A DNA stretch of 64,000 nt, from assembly GCA_036172245.1 (NCBI GenBank), contig JAYWIR010000117.1, positions 1 through 64,000 on the forward strand, read 5' to 3'. Source of the stretch: Raillietiella orientalis. Taxonomy: Eukaryota. Positions 13,006-25,700 of this stretch are shown here, in pieces (the stretch's first letter is position 1; each line of letters opens with the position of its first letter). The notes under the pieces are model-generated. The model saw only the letters and a program-made list of their open reading frames with translations. It made no database searches and was not told the origin of the DNA. The position numbers were made by a program, and so were the translations under genes.

Positions 13006-14287
13006 ATGGCAGCGTTTCGACGTGATGGCGGTGGCGGGAGCGGTGCGCCGACGGCTTGCGAGGCACGCGTGTTGCCGTCGCGTTGTCCGATCGGTTGAAT
13101 GCATGAAAAATGCTAATGAGACGCTTCTTGTTTTTCCCAAAGGGCAAATCGAGTGCGTGGTCCCGGCACTGGAATCCTTGATAACGCGATTGGAGATAGT
13201 AGCCACGGCGCTGGAAGCTGCGGCAACGGAGGCCGTGGAGCAGTCGGATGGCTTTGGTAATTGCGACTGTCCGCGTGCAATGGCTTGCTGCTTGCCCGCA
13301 AGTCCGATGTGCACGTCCGCGCTGCCTGGAATAGCCGAAATCGGCAGAGCGACGCGTGCAGCGAAGATGAGCTCCAGCAGCCATTCTCGCTTTCTGTCGA
13401 CCTAACACGGCTTGGCTCATCAGCTCACAACTCACGGGTCGCTAACAGCTCGCAATGGAGAAACAGCGTGCCTTCCATCGTCCAGAATGTCGATACCTTG
13501 TTTGCCGCTGTTTCCAGAGATCAGCAATCCGTGGCTCGAAGATTACGCCCGAAGTGGGAAGGGATCTTTGGCCGTCTACCGCAATCTGTCGGCCAAGATC
13601 TCGGAAGCGGTTCGCAAGCACTCGGACATGGTGCTGAAAGCATTCAAGTAAGCGCTTGTTGTTCATAAGGCCACGATGGAAGGTTCCCTCTCCTCGGTTT
13701 CCCAGTTGCTAACCATCTTTCTTTCCTGTTGCAGGATCCAGGGGCGTTTGATGCAACTCATATGCTGCTCGCAGGAACCCGACGACTCGAAAGTGCTCGA
13801 CCTCCTTCAACCGCTTTCCGAGTGCATCGTGCAGATCGAGGCATTCGAGCAAAGTCAGCGCGACACCGAGACGCATGTTCACCTGTGTGTGATCAGCCCA
13901 GGTGTAGCCATCCTTTGGGTGACCATGACGGTGGTCGGGCACGCATCCGCAAACTTTCTTTCCTTTTCGTAGAGCTATCCCGCGGATGCTGTTCGAGACA
14001 TGGTGTTTTTATGCCGACTCCCGTGAAGCGCGTCCTCCGGGAATGGAAGCAAAAGTGAGTTTCGGGTCCAAGGGAAGATCGGAAACAGATGGTGCTTGCT
14101 CGTTTCTTTCAGCGATGATCATGTGTGTTGGGTGAAGTCGTGGATGGCCGTATTGTCCGAGTTGCACAGTTTGGCGAAAACCCATCACACGACGTGGGTT
14201 CCATGGCACGCAAAAGGTGCCAGCGTTGAGGAGCACACCCCACCTCCTCCCTTGCCGACCTCTTCCCACTCTCCTACGCCCCGGTGA
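13006..14287 (+). pseudogene. CAP: N-CAP paralog, copy 2 (exon-4 donor altered; small in-frame deletions)
   Basis: Same exons as copy 1, but ACCATG|GTAGGT is replaced by ACCATGACGGTGGT (~13927), 9 bp are missing in exon 2 (GAACTTGGC) and 3 bp each near 13900 and 13975. Confidence 0.7.
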
Positions 14288-17200
14288 CCCGGAAGGCCTG
14301 CTTTGCTTGCACGTTCGGATGCTGGCAAAGCAGTCACAATAAATACGTGTCGAATTCCGAATGATCTTTCAGTTCTTGAATGATTCACATTTGCCAAGTC
14401 GCCCGGATCCACATCACCGAAAGTTTGGCACCATGCGACGGCACCAACCAAGTTGTGCAGAATGCTCAGCCACTTTTCAGCGTTGTTTTCATTTTGCCTC
14501 GGTCCCTCGAATGCTCTGAATGAGGAAAACAAGCAGAAAAGAACCGCAAAAGATCAAAGTCGACTTCGAAAGTGCGAGTTCGACTGCATCCACTCAATTT
14601 TGGCACACATTGGAATGGGACGCTCCTTTTTCGCTTCCAAATGCAACACGCACCCTGCGCCGTCCAGCGAGAGCCAACTCTCGTGAAAGCACTGCTCTCC
14701 AAAGTAGCAAAGATGAAGTTTCAGCCACAGCGGATTCCACCCAAAGCTGACCAAGGCAGCAACAGTCAGAAGATTGGACGGACCCATATTGAGAATCCAA
14801 ACCGGGCATGCCGTCCACCCTTAGTACCAGACGAACACATTTTCCACTTTTTCTTACGAAAAGGGAACTCGTTCATCCCTTCGCACCGCGGTGGGAAGAC
14901 TATGTCCACTGATAGTCAGACTTTTCGGATGACTCAAAATAGGAGAGTGCGACTGATCTCGTTGTTTCTGCCTGAATGCCCTGTTCCCTGTTGCACGCAG
15001 CATCCAGCTGCTAACCGGATTCGCTTCAGTCCTCACGATGTCGGTCGACTCGTGCCGACATACCATTGTGGAAAATGAACTAACAGAGGTGGTGGAAGGA
15101 ATGGCGCGAAGGATGTGCGCAGACTCGCCAGGTTCGCTGGTCCGCAGCAGAATTGCAGAAGGACAAGCAAGAACGGGAAGAAAATGAAGAAGCAAATAGG
15201 AAGAAATGGGGGGAAGACGCTTGGAAGGGATCGCTGCCTGTTCCTCTGCATGTTTCCTAAGGTGCCGGCGGGGTGTTGCTGAACGCTTCCCACCTGGGAC
15301 CATCTTAATGCTTTTCGTGGGAAGCAAATGGCCACGCGGAACAAATGGCGCGTCCGTGTCTCCCAGGCGTCGCTGCAGGCCGCCACCATCCGGCTCTAGC
15401 CGCAATGACTCACCCGAGGACGCGGCTGTCGGTAGATGCATCACTTCCAAACGCTCCTGCAATTGTCCCCGGTATCCCGAGGGTGGGCACAAAGTTTAAC
15501 CACCAGGAAGCCTGAGAGCCATTCAGCTGCGGGCGGATCCGCGCTCTGCGTGCCGGCTATAGTTGGGGCTCCCACACAAACCCGGGTCCAGTGAAGTCGG
15601 AGGAGGTTTGAAGAGAAACAAATCCAGTGCAACAGCAGAATCGCCGAATACGAAACCAAAAAGGCCAGATGTAAGTGTTCTCAGGAGGACTGGGGACCAT
15701 CGGTAGTCTCGCCGGGGAATAGCCAAGAGCTCGCGGCTGCGAAGACGTAGGGCACTTGGTACCTGCGAGCTCGCTGTAGATCAACCACCCAAGTCTTTCT
15801 TCTTGGAGTTGAACTCTCACGAGACCTTCCACCTTCTTGGCATGCTGCTGCCCAAGAAGCTGCCTCAGGCATCATTGCCGCGTGGGAGGTTCAATCCAGG
15901 CTCAGCTCCCTTGCCACGATGCACGACTGTTTCCTGGAGGCAGAAATTGTTACAGAAGCAGTACAGCAACCGCCGCCGTGACTCCGGGCCCGTCTGCTTG
16001 CTATTCGCCCGCGTGCCCAGTTTCCTGCAAGCAAACGCTACCGTTCGCGGGGCGATCCTGCTGGACGTCCTGCTCTTCTTCCTGGTCGGTGAGACGTGAT
16101 GCGAAGTGCGCAGTGGTTAACGTTGGACAGCATGCCGAGCATACCAAGAAAGTGGACGCGATTTTTTCGCAAGGATGGCCGTCGAAGGCAGAACGAACTC
16201 GAGTGCAAACGTTGGGAATGCTTTCGGTACACTTTTGACGAGACCGATCAGGTGTGAGAAAATCCGAACGTGGAGGAAAGCGTGTATTCCATCTTCTCCA
16301 GGTGTTGACCGTATGCGCCTTGCGCCGCGTCAGAAAAGACGCAGGAGAGCTGTCCTGCTCCGGCGCTGCAAGACGGCCCCGGATCGTCGGCAATCTGAGG
16401 AACAGGGTCGGGCAAACCGCCTTCGCTTTTTTCGCAGCGCCTCCCTTTTTTTGCAACGGAGGAGGGTGCTGTGCCCTCGCCTGCCTCGCACTGCTTGGCA
16501 ACGAATGACGTCGTGCAGAGCAGAGGCAGCAGCCACCTCGAGAGCTAGCTCGTTTCTCCGGGAACGTCTGCCGCGCACAATCTTCGCTTCGATCTTCCTC
16601 GGCCATCAGCGAACCTTTCTGCGCGCAATCCTCCCCCCAACTGCGTGCGCAGTGGCGCGACAACGCGCGTGTCGCCACAAGAAATGAACACTTGTTCCCG
16701 AATGGCAATTCTGGTGATGGAGGCCTGCAGGCTTTCCAGAATGAACGCAGAAGAGCTAGCCGATGCATTGCAGGAAACCCGGTCGGATGGCAGCTGCTTG
16801 CGAGCGACACATGCGCGGTCTGCACAACGTCGCTGCTGTTGGCCGTTTCATTTCTCTTCCCCTCCCGTTCAAAGCAAGCCTTCGCTACGCGCACGTTCTC
16901 CGCACCGGAAATGCTGCCGCTTCACCCTTCCCAGCTGTCACCTCTGCAGCACTTCTTCATCGTGCATCCTTTCTTGTGGGTCACGCGCATACACCAGTTT
17001 CACCCATCCATCACAAGATGACGCATCTCTGCTGATCTTCGCAGAACCTCTATCGTGAAGCCCGTTTCACTCATTCCTCGTTTCCACCAGAATGGGCAAG
17101 AAGGTGTGCCTGGTTACTGTGAAAAAGCGCAGGTGCGAAGTACCTTATAGCAGTGTTTCTCGCTGATCTCGGTATATTTCACACGGATTTCTGCTGCGTA

Positions 17201-19737
17201 GCATTTGTCACACAAGCGCCTTGCAGCTTGCCACAGCAAACGTTTCCATGCAAATGAAGCAACAGGAGAGAGTCCGCGTCCACCGACCTCGCTTGCCCCC
17301 GCACCGTTTCGCATGTCGAGCACAGGCTAGAACGCCGTGACCAGCAAGCAAGCTGTTGCCATCAGGCAGTGGAACGCTGGCTGCCGGTGCGTGCCTGCCG
17401 CATCCAACGATTTTTCCTTGGGTTCGTGCGGTGGTATCAATGTCGGCGGCAAGCTTCGCATCGGGCGCATCGCGCTTCTGCAGCACGCTCTTGCTGCGCG
17501 TTCAGCCGTGTGCACGGCGGGAGCAGCACCGCGTTGCTGGCGATCTTACCGGGAAGAAGGGAGGAGAAGGCAGGGAAACGAAGGACGTCGGACAGGTGGA
17601 CTGCCAGTCTAACGTGGCGTCGCACGGAAAGTCCGGAACAGTCCACAAATACTGATGTAAGAAACACGCAAAAAGTGTGAGAACGAGACGATGACAGGGG
17701 TTTCCGCGTTCGACCGTTCCCTGCAAGCGGAACCGGCGCTGCATAACGAACATCTCGCTGCTCGCTCATATCTTCTGGGAGTTCAGGCCGCCTGGCAGCC
17801 GTCGTCATGTTGACTTCAGCGAAAGAAGTGTCGTCTCGAGCAACCGCGCGAGACTCCAGCTGGTGGAGGGTTGCGAAGACAAGGCCTCCTTACGATGAGC
17901 GCATCTAAGGAAAAGCGGCCAGGCGTGAAGAAGCGGCGCATCCCAATTCTTGGGCTGTCCCCCTGGAGCAGGAGCACAGGAATTGCCACCTTCTTCGCAG
18001 TGGAGGAAAAAGATGCGCGAGCGTTTTCGCACCAGTCTTTGAAGACGCAACTCCCCCGCAGACGATGCTTGCGCTCTGGTTGCAATGCAAGCTTACCCAT
18101 GCGCCATCGGAGCGGGAACACACGCACTCGTCCACGCACGAACGAGAGTCCACAGGTTGTTCTGCTGGCACACTGAAGAGTTCACAGCAGCGAAGGACTG
18201 CTTTGGGAACATGGCCAGGCGTGGCACCTACTGCCGGACTCCAGTCGCCCATGGGACGAGTTGATCGTGCGTTCGGCAGGGCGCCCTCACATCCCGCCGG
18301 TAGGCAACTGTCCACTAAAGCAGAAAGCGCTGCCGCAAGGGGCGTGGAGAGCCCACTTGTGCTGGTCCTGGCCTTCCTCCACTGGACCTGGTGGGAAAGG
18401 TGCACGCAACAAAGTTTAAAGCAAACCACTTGCCTCGCGTCGGTACCGGCGCGTGTCCCGGTTCGTCGGGCGGCAGGGGAATCAAGAGTGGGCTGTCAGG
18501 GACGAGCACGAGCTGCCCGAAGGGAAGCTCAAGAAGCCTCTCGTGGTGGCGCGCTGGGCATGCGGTAGCAACGAAAGCAGCAACTGGGGATGACCGAGAG
18601 CTTCAGGAACTCGTACACCGAGCCGATTTGCAATACTCGTACATGCCGTGCATCAACGAACGTTTCATGGAACAGGTGCTTGGAGAATGCAAAATGAGGT
18701 GCCTTTCAAGTTGAGTGCTGAGTGTCCCTTCACGGATGCGTTTCGCGAAACTCCAAGCCGTGCACGCGCCACCATCCCGCTCACCAGCCTGCTTGCTGTT
18801 GTCGCACGCAACAAGCAGAGCATGCGCCAACGAACCGTGTCTTTGAGGCAAGCGCGCGTTCCACGCACCGCTGCTGCGCTGAACAAAAAATCCCACGCCT
18901 ATTCCGTCCTCCGCGATTCGCCCAACGGGCGTGTGCTGCGCTGATCCCGACGCTCGTACGGGATGTACGGGAAGGGCCGGTGCACAAGTGCGAGGATATT
19001 CCAGGGAACGGAACGCGCACGCCTTGCATGGTCGCAACGTACAAACGACGAAAGACTGTCGCTAGACGGGACGAGAAAAGAGGAAAGCGACGAACGGGCT
19101 GAATGTGTTTCGAGAATAGGGAACAGCAAAGTCAGGCAAGTGGGAGCATGGGTATGCGAAGCACTCCGTTTCCTTCCTTGCCTCTGCGCATGAGCGATCA
19201 CCCGAACCAGGATGAAGTGGCACTCGCAGGCGTGCTCAAACGTCGGTTGTGTGACGTGAGCACGGCCACCTCTCACTTCGACAACGATTCCCGTTGCTTA
19301 GCAAAGGAGATTTTTCCTGACGGAAGAATTTGCTGTGTGCTGCTTGCGAATTCGGTTGTCGGATCGACTCGCGCATTTCGTGGAAGAGATCGCAACTCGG
19401 AGTATCGTACTGCTGCGTAATCCAGCGCTTATCTACTTGTGCGTCTACTTGTGAATTCGGAAGTTCGTAGCGGATAGCGAATCCATCCCAACCGGAAGTA
19501 ATTCGCATCCCTGTGAATCCGGAACTTCGGATTCGGTTCCGAAACCAAACGGAAAGCGAGTCTTGTCGCTCGTGACCCGGAAAAAACACATCTCGCCTAT
19601 CCTGCCGCCGAGGTATCCAGGAAGGATAACCGTACTGCCAACTTAGAAAAGCCAGTCGCTGTAAGGTAGCAGGAAAGGGAAGCAGATCTAGAAACAAAGC
19701 TGAGCACCGGTAAGATGAATGCGAGGTCCGTGAGAAT

Positions 19738-21219
19738 GTGGGAAATCAATCCTGTGGTGCACGTGTGACGCAGGAAGTGATTCGTGGCTTGTGCACGACT
19801 TCCAGGTCGAGTCCCTCGCTGGGAGATAATACTCAGCCTGGTCCAGCATGTCTTCCTTGCGTATCAGGGAAGGAGGGTCCGAATCGCCGACGAAAGCTTC
19901 CGTTTCGGACCGCAGACACTGAGAGTGTGTACGCGAAGGCATCCTCTGCTACCGTGTCTTCTCCGAGAATCCAGAAGCACACGGAAGAGGAGTGGCCAGC
20001 GGAGAGCAGCAGTGAGCCTTCCCGCGCGGAACCCAAGCCGAAGAGATGGCTTTGGTTCAGCTGGAAGAAAGGCAAGGGCAAGATGAACGGAGCGGAGGAC
20101 GCGGGGAGCGGACCAGCCGAGAGAGTACCTGTTGCGAACGGCTCCCCGACTACCGACAAAAGCTGCAAGAAGCTCGTGAAAGCAACCTCGTTCTTCAAAA
20201 GCAACCTCACTCCACAAGAGAAGGAGAGCAAGGAATGCAGAAAGAGGGGGAAAAAAGCCACCAAGGAAGCACGGAAGCGAGACGAGAAACTGAAAGATGA
20301 ACGGAAGAAGAAGAGAAACGAGGAGGAAAGACAGAAAGCGAAAGAGAAACGGGAGGAAGATCGGGAATGCAAGAAGAAATCCGGCAACAAACGGAATCGG
20401 TTCGTGCCGAAGAAGGTAGAAGTTCAGTAGCAACAGGAGACGAAGGAACGCGTGCCTGCGAATCGCAAAAGGCAAATGGTTCCGGGTGACGACAAGGAGG
20501 CGGCCGAAACGATTGCTTCCAAGCAGGAGCATGGAAACGGCGAACGAACGAAGACCACCAACGAAAAGGCGAAGAAAGGAAAAACGCTAGCTTGCTTCCG
20601 GTTCTCCAAGCACAGGGGAAGGAGAACCGGAGAAGATGCGACCCTGGCAACGTGCTTGCCAGGGAACGAACCTACGAAACGCGAAGTTTCGAGCAAACTG
20701 CGAGGCAAAGACGGAGGCGGCGACGTAGCCAGGGAGCAGGAAGAGCATTGCTGCTCGATGCTGCTCACGGAGCCGAAGCGGAACGAAGGAAACGACTGCC
20801 GCCATTCCTGTGTCTGGGGAGTCGATGGCGCCGAACTGCCCTCGGCAGCTGTGGATGGGTGCGCAGGCACACATAGCCTCGAACTGCGAAGAAGAAAGCA
20901 GACCTCTCCAGATGGGTGGCTGGTCAGCCGCAGCGTTCAGTGCGACTATGGAGATTATTGCCGAGAAGGTTGGTGGAACGGGTTCTGCATTCCGGCCACT
21001 GCACACGCGTCTGCTCCCGTTCGGTGCCCCGGGTGGAGTGTGCGGATGCGCGTCGCTCGTTCTGCACGTTCGCGCACGAACGTACGCGTACGTGTGCGTG
21101 GCTCGTGTGGAGCTCGCAACGCGTTTGCATGCGTTTGGTCGAGAAACTTGCTTTTTGTTCGCTTGTGCGCGAAACAAGGACGGACGGAAAAGAAGAAGAG
21201 CCGTTGCACGTGTTCTTGA
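19738..21219 (+). pseudogene. Lys/Glu-rich ORF, copy 3 (one continuous frame broken by a single TAG at 20428-20430)
   Basis: ORFs 19738-20430 and 20452-21219 are in the same frame; the TAG corresponds to GAG in copies 1 and 2. The N-terminal part crosses a garbled patch (~19820-19900). Confidence 0.5.
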
Positions 21220-21487
21220 CCGGAAGCCGGTAGAAGGGGTGCGCATTTCGGAAAACTGCAGGCTTGTCTGGAAAGAGCGCCGCTGCGTTGCCTTCGGGAA
21301 TTTCACAGGCGCGATTTGTTCTTCAAACTCTTTCCGGAACAAGGTGGCCATTTATCCGAGTGCAAGCGGCTGCGTGAGCATTTTGTCGAGCCGAACGTTT
21401 CGCAAGCAAGGCAATTGCACTTGATATGCGAAGAAAAGGAATGATAATTTCCCTTCGCATGAACGTTTCGTGTGATGTGCTTCTCTC

Positions 21488-22788
21488 ATGGCAGCGTTTC
21501 GACGTGATGGCGGTGGCGGGAGCGGTGCGCTGACGGCTTGCCAGGCACGCGTGTTGCCACTCGCGTTGTCCGATCGGTTGGATGCATGAAAAATGCTAAT
21601 GAGACGCTTCTTGTTTTTCCCAAAGGGCAAATCGAGTCCGTGGTCCCGGCACTGGAATCCTTGATAACGCGATTGGAGATAGTAGCCACGGCGCTGGAAG
21701 CTGCGGCAACGGAGGCCGAACTTGGCGTGGAGCAGTCGGATGGCTTTGGTAATTGCGACTGTCCGCGTGCAATGGCTTGCTGCTTGCCCGCAAGTCCGAT
21801 GTGCACGTCCGCGCTGCCTGGAATAGCCGAAATCGGCAGAGCGACGCGTGCAGCGAAGATGAGCTCGAGCAGCCATTCTCGCTTTCTGTCGACCTAACAC
21901 GGCTTGGCTCCTCAGCTCACAACTCACGGGTTGCTAACAGCTCGCAATGGAGAAACAGCGTGCCTTCCATCGTCCAGAATGTCGATACCTTGTTTGCCGC
22001 TGTTTCCAGAGATCAGCAATCCGTGGCTCGAAGATTACGCCCGAATTGGGAAGGGATCTTTGGCCGTCTACCGCAATCTGTCGGCCAAGATCTCGGAAGC
22101 GGTTCGCAAGCACTAGGACATGGTGCTGAAAGCATTCAAGTAAGCGCTTGTTGTTCATAAGGCCACGATGGAAGGTTCCCTCTCCTCGGTTTCCCAGTTG
22201 CTAACCATCTTTCCTTCCTGTTGCAGGATCCAGGGGCGTTTGATGCAACTAATATGCCGCTCGCAGGAACCCGACGACTCGAAAGTGCTCGACCTCCTTC
22301 AACCGCTTTCCGAGTGCATCGTGCAGATCGAGGCATTCGAGCAAAGTCAGCGCGACACCGAGACGCATGTACACCTGTGTGTGATCAGCCAGAGTGTGGC
22401 AGCCATCCTTTGGGTGACCATGGTAGGTGGTCGGGCACGCATCCGCAAACTTTCTTTCCTTTTCGTAGAGCCCCTATCCCGCGGATGCTGTTCGAGACAT
22501 GATGTTTTTATGCCGACTCCCCGTGAAGCGCGTCCTCCAGGAATGGAAGCAAAAGTGAGTTTCCGGGTCCAAGGGAAGATCGGGAAAAGATGGTGCTTGC
22601 TCGTTTCTTTCAGCGATGATCATGTGTGTTGGGTGAAGTCGTGGATGGCCGTATTGTCCGAGTTGCACAGTTTGGCGAAAACCCATCACACGACGTGGGT
22701 CCCATGGCACGCAAAAGGTGCCAGCGTTGAGGAGCACACCCCACCTCCACCCTTGCCGACCTCTTCCCACTCTCCTACGCCCCGGTGA
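21488..22788 (+). pseudogene. CAP: N-CAP paralog, copy 3 (nonsense TCG>TAG at 22114-22116 in exon 3)
   Basis: Near-identical to copy 1 with all splice sites retained; AAGCACTAGGAC versus AAGCACTCGGAC. Confidence 0.75.
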
Positions 22789-25700
22789 CCCGGAAGGCCT
22801 GCTTTGCTTGCACGTTCGAATGCAGGCAAAGCAGTCACAATAAATACGTGTCGAATTTCGAATGATCTTTCAGTTCTTGAATGGTCCACGACTGCCAAGT
22901 CGCCCATTCCACATTACCGAAAGTTTGGCACCATGCGACGGCACCAACCAAGTTGTGCAGAATGCTCAGCCACTTTTCAGCGTTGTTTTCATTTTGCCTC
23001 GTTCCCTCGAATGCTCTGAATGAGGAAAACAAGCAGAAAAGAACCGCAAAAGATCAAAGTCGACTTCGAAACTGCGAGTTCGACTGCATCCACTCAATTT
23101 TGGCACACATTGCAATGGGACGCTCCTTTTTCGCTTCCAAATGCAACACGCACCCTGCGCCGTCCAGCGAGAGCCAACTCTCGTGAAACCACTGCTCTCC
23201 AAAGTAGCGAAGATGAAGTTTCAGCCACAGCGGATTCCACCCAAAGCTGACCAAGGCAGCAACAGTCAGAAGATTGGACGGACCCATATTGAGAATCCAA
23301 ACCGGGCATGCCGTCCACCCATTTAGTACCAGCCGAACACATTTTCCACTTTTTTCTTACGAAAAGGGAACTCGTTCATCCCTTCGCACCGCGGTGGGAA
23401 GACTATGTCCACTGCTAGTCAGACTTTTCGGATGACTCAAAATAGGAGATTGCGACTGATCTCGTGGTTTCTGCCTGAATGCCCTCTTCCCTGTTGCACG
23501 CAGCATCCAGCTGCTAACCGAATTCGCTTCAGTCCTCACGATGTCGGTCGACTCGTGCCGACATGCCATTGTGGAAAATGAACTAACAGAGGTGGTGGAA
23601 GGAATGCCGCGAAGGATGTGCGCACACTCGCCAGGTTCGCTGGTCCGCAGCAGAATTGCAGAAGGACAAGCAAGAACGGGAAGAAAATGAAAAAGCAAAT
23701 AGGAAGAAATGAGGGGAAGACGCTTGGAAGGGATCGCTGCCTGTTCCTCTGCATCTTTCCTAAGGTGCCGGCGGGGTGTTGCTGAACGCTTCCCAGCTGC
23801 GACCATGTTAATGCTTTTCGTGGGAAGCAAATGGCCACGCGGAACGATGGCGCGTCCGTGTCTCCCAGGCGTCGCTGCAGGCCGCCACGATCCGGCTCTA
23901 GCCGCAATGAGCTGCTAGGGACGCGGCTGTCGGTAGATGCATCACTTCCAAACGCTCCTGCAATTGTCCCCGGTTTCCCAAGGGTGGCCGCAAAGTTTAA
24001 CCACCAGGAAGCCTGAGAGCCACAGAATCCACATTCAGCTGCGGGCGGATCCGCGCTCTCCGTGCCGGCTCTAGTTGGGGCTCCCACACAACCCGGGTCC
24101 AGTGAAGTCGGAGGGGGTTCGAAGAGAAACAATCCCAGTGCAACAGCAGAATCGCCGAATACGTAACCAAAAAGGTAAGATGTAAGTGTTCTTAGGAGGA
24201 CTGGGGACCATCGGTAGTCTCGCCGGGGAATAGCCAAGAGCTCGCGGCTGCGAAGACGTAGGGCACTTGGTACCTGCGAGCTCGCTGTAGATCAACCACC
24301 CAAGTCTTTCTTCCTGGAGTTGAACTCTCACGAGACCTTCCACCTTCTTGGCATGCTGCTGCCCAAGAAGCTCCCTCAGGCATCATTGCCGCGTGGGAGC
24401 TTCAATCCAGGCTCAGCTCCCTTGCCACGATGCACGACTGTTTCCTGGAGGCAGAAATTGTTACAGAAGCAGTACAGCAACCGCCGCCGTGACTCCGGGC
24501 CCGTCTGCTTGCTATTCGCCCGCGTGCCCAGTTTCCTGCAAGCAAACGCTACCGTTCGCGGGGCGATCCTGCTGGACGTCCTGCTCTTCTTCCTGGTCGG
24601 TGAGACGTGATGCGAAGTGCGCAGTGGTTCACGTTGGACAGCATGCCGAGCATACCAAGAAAGTGGACCCGATTTTTTCGCAAGGATGGGCGTCGAAGGC
24701 AGAACGAACTCGAGTGCAAACGTTGGGAATGCTTTCGGTACACTTTTGACGAGACCGATCAGGTGTGAGAAAATCCCAACGTGGAGGAAAGCGTGTATTC
24801 CATCTTCTCCAGGTGTTGACCGTGTGCGCCTTGCGCCGCGTCAGAAAAGACGCAGGAGAGCTGTCCTGCTCCGGCGCTGCAAGACGGCCCCGGATCGTCG
24901 GCAGTCCGAGCAACAGGGTCGGGCAAACCGCCTTCGCTTTTTTCGCAGCGCCTCCCTTTTTTTGCAACGGAGGAGGGTGCTGTGCCCTCGCCTGCCTCGC
25001 ACTGCTTGGCAACGAATGACGTCGTGCAGAGCGGAGGCAGCAGCCACCTCGAGAGCTAGCTCGTTTCTCCGGGAACGTCTGCCGCGCACAATCTTCGCTT
25101 CGATCTTCCTCGGCCATCAGGGAACCTTTCTGCGCGCAAGCCTGCGCCGAACTGCGTGCGCAGTGGCGCGACAACGCGCGTGTCTGCGACAAGAAAGGAA
25201 CACTTGTTCCCGAATGGCGATCCCGGAGATGGAGGCCGGCAGGCTTTGCAGATTGAACGCGGAAGAGCTGGCCCGGTCATTGCGGAAGCCGGTCGGATAG
25301 CTGGCTTCTTGCGAAACGACACATCTGCACAACGTCGCTGCCGTTGGCCATTTCATTTCCTCCCTCCGTTCAAGCAAACCTTCGCTACGCGCACGTTCTC
25401 CGCACCAGAAATGCTGCCGCTTCACCCTTCCCAGCTGTCACCTCTGCAGCACTTCTTCATCGTGCATCCTTTCTTGTGGGTCGCGCGCATACACCAGTTT
25501 CACCCATCCATCACAAGATGACGCATCTCTGCTGATCTTCGCAGAACCTCTATCGTGAAGCCCGTTTCTCTCGAGCCTCGTTTCCACCGAGATGGGCAAG
25601 AAGGTAGGCAGCGCAGTTGCACAGCGAAAAAGCGCACGTGCGAAATGCGCCAGCTCACTTGCCATGCATTTTCTCCTTCGCGTCACACGGATTTCCTGCT

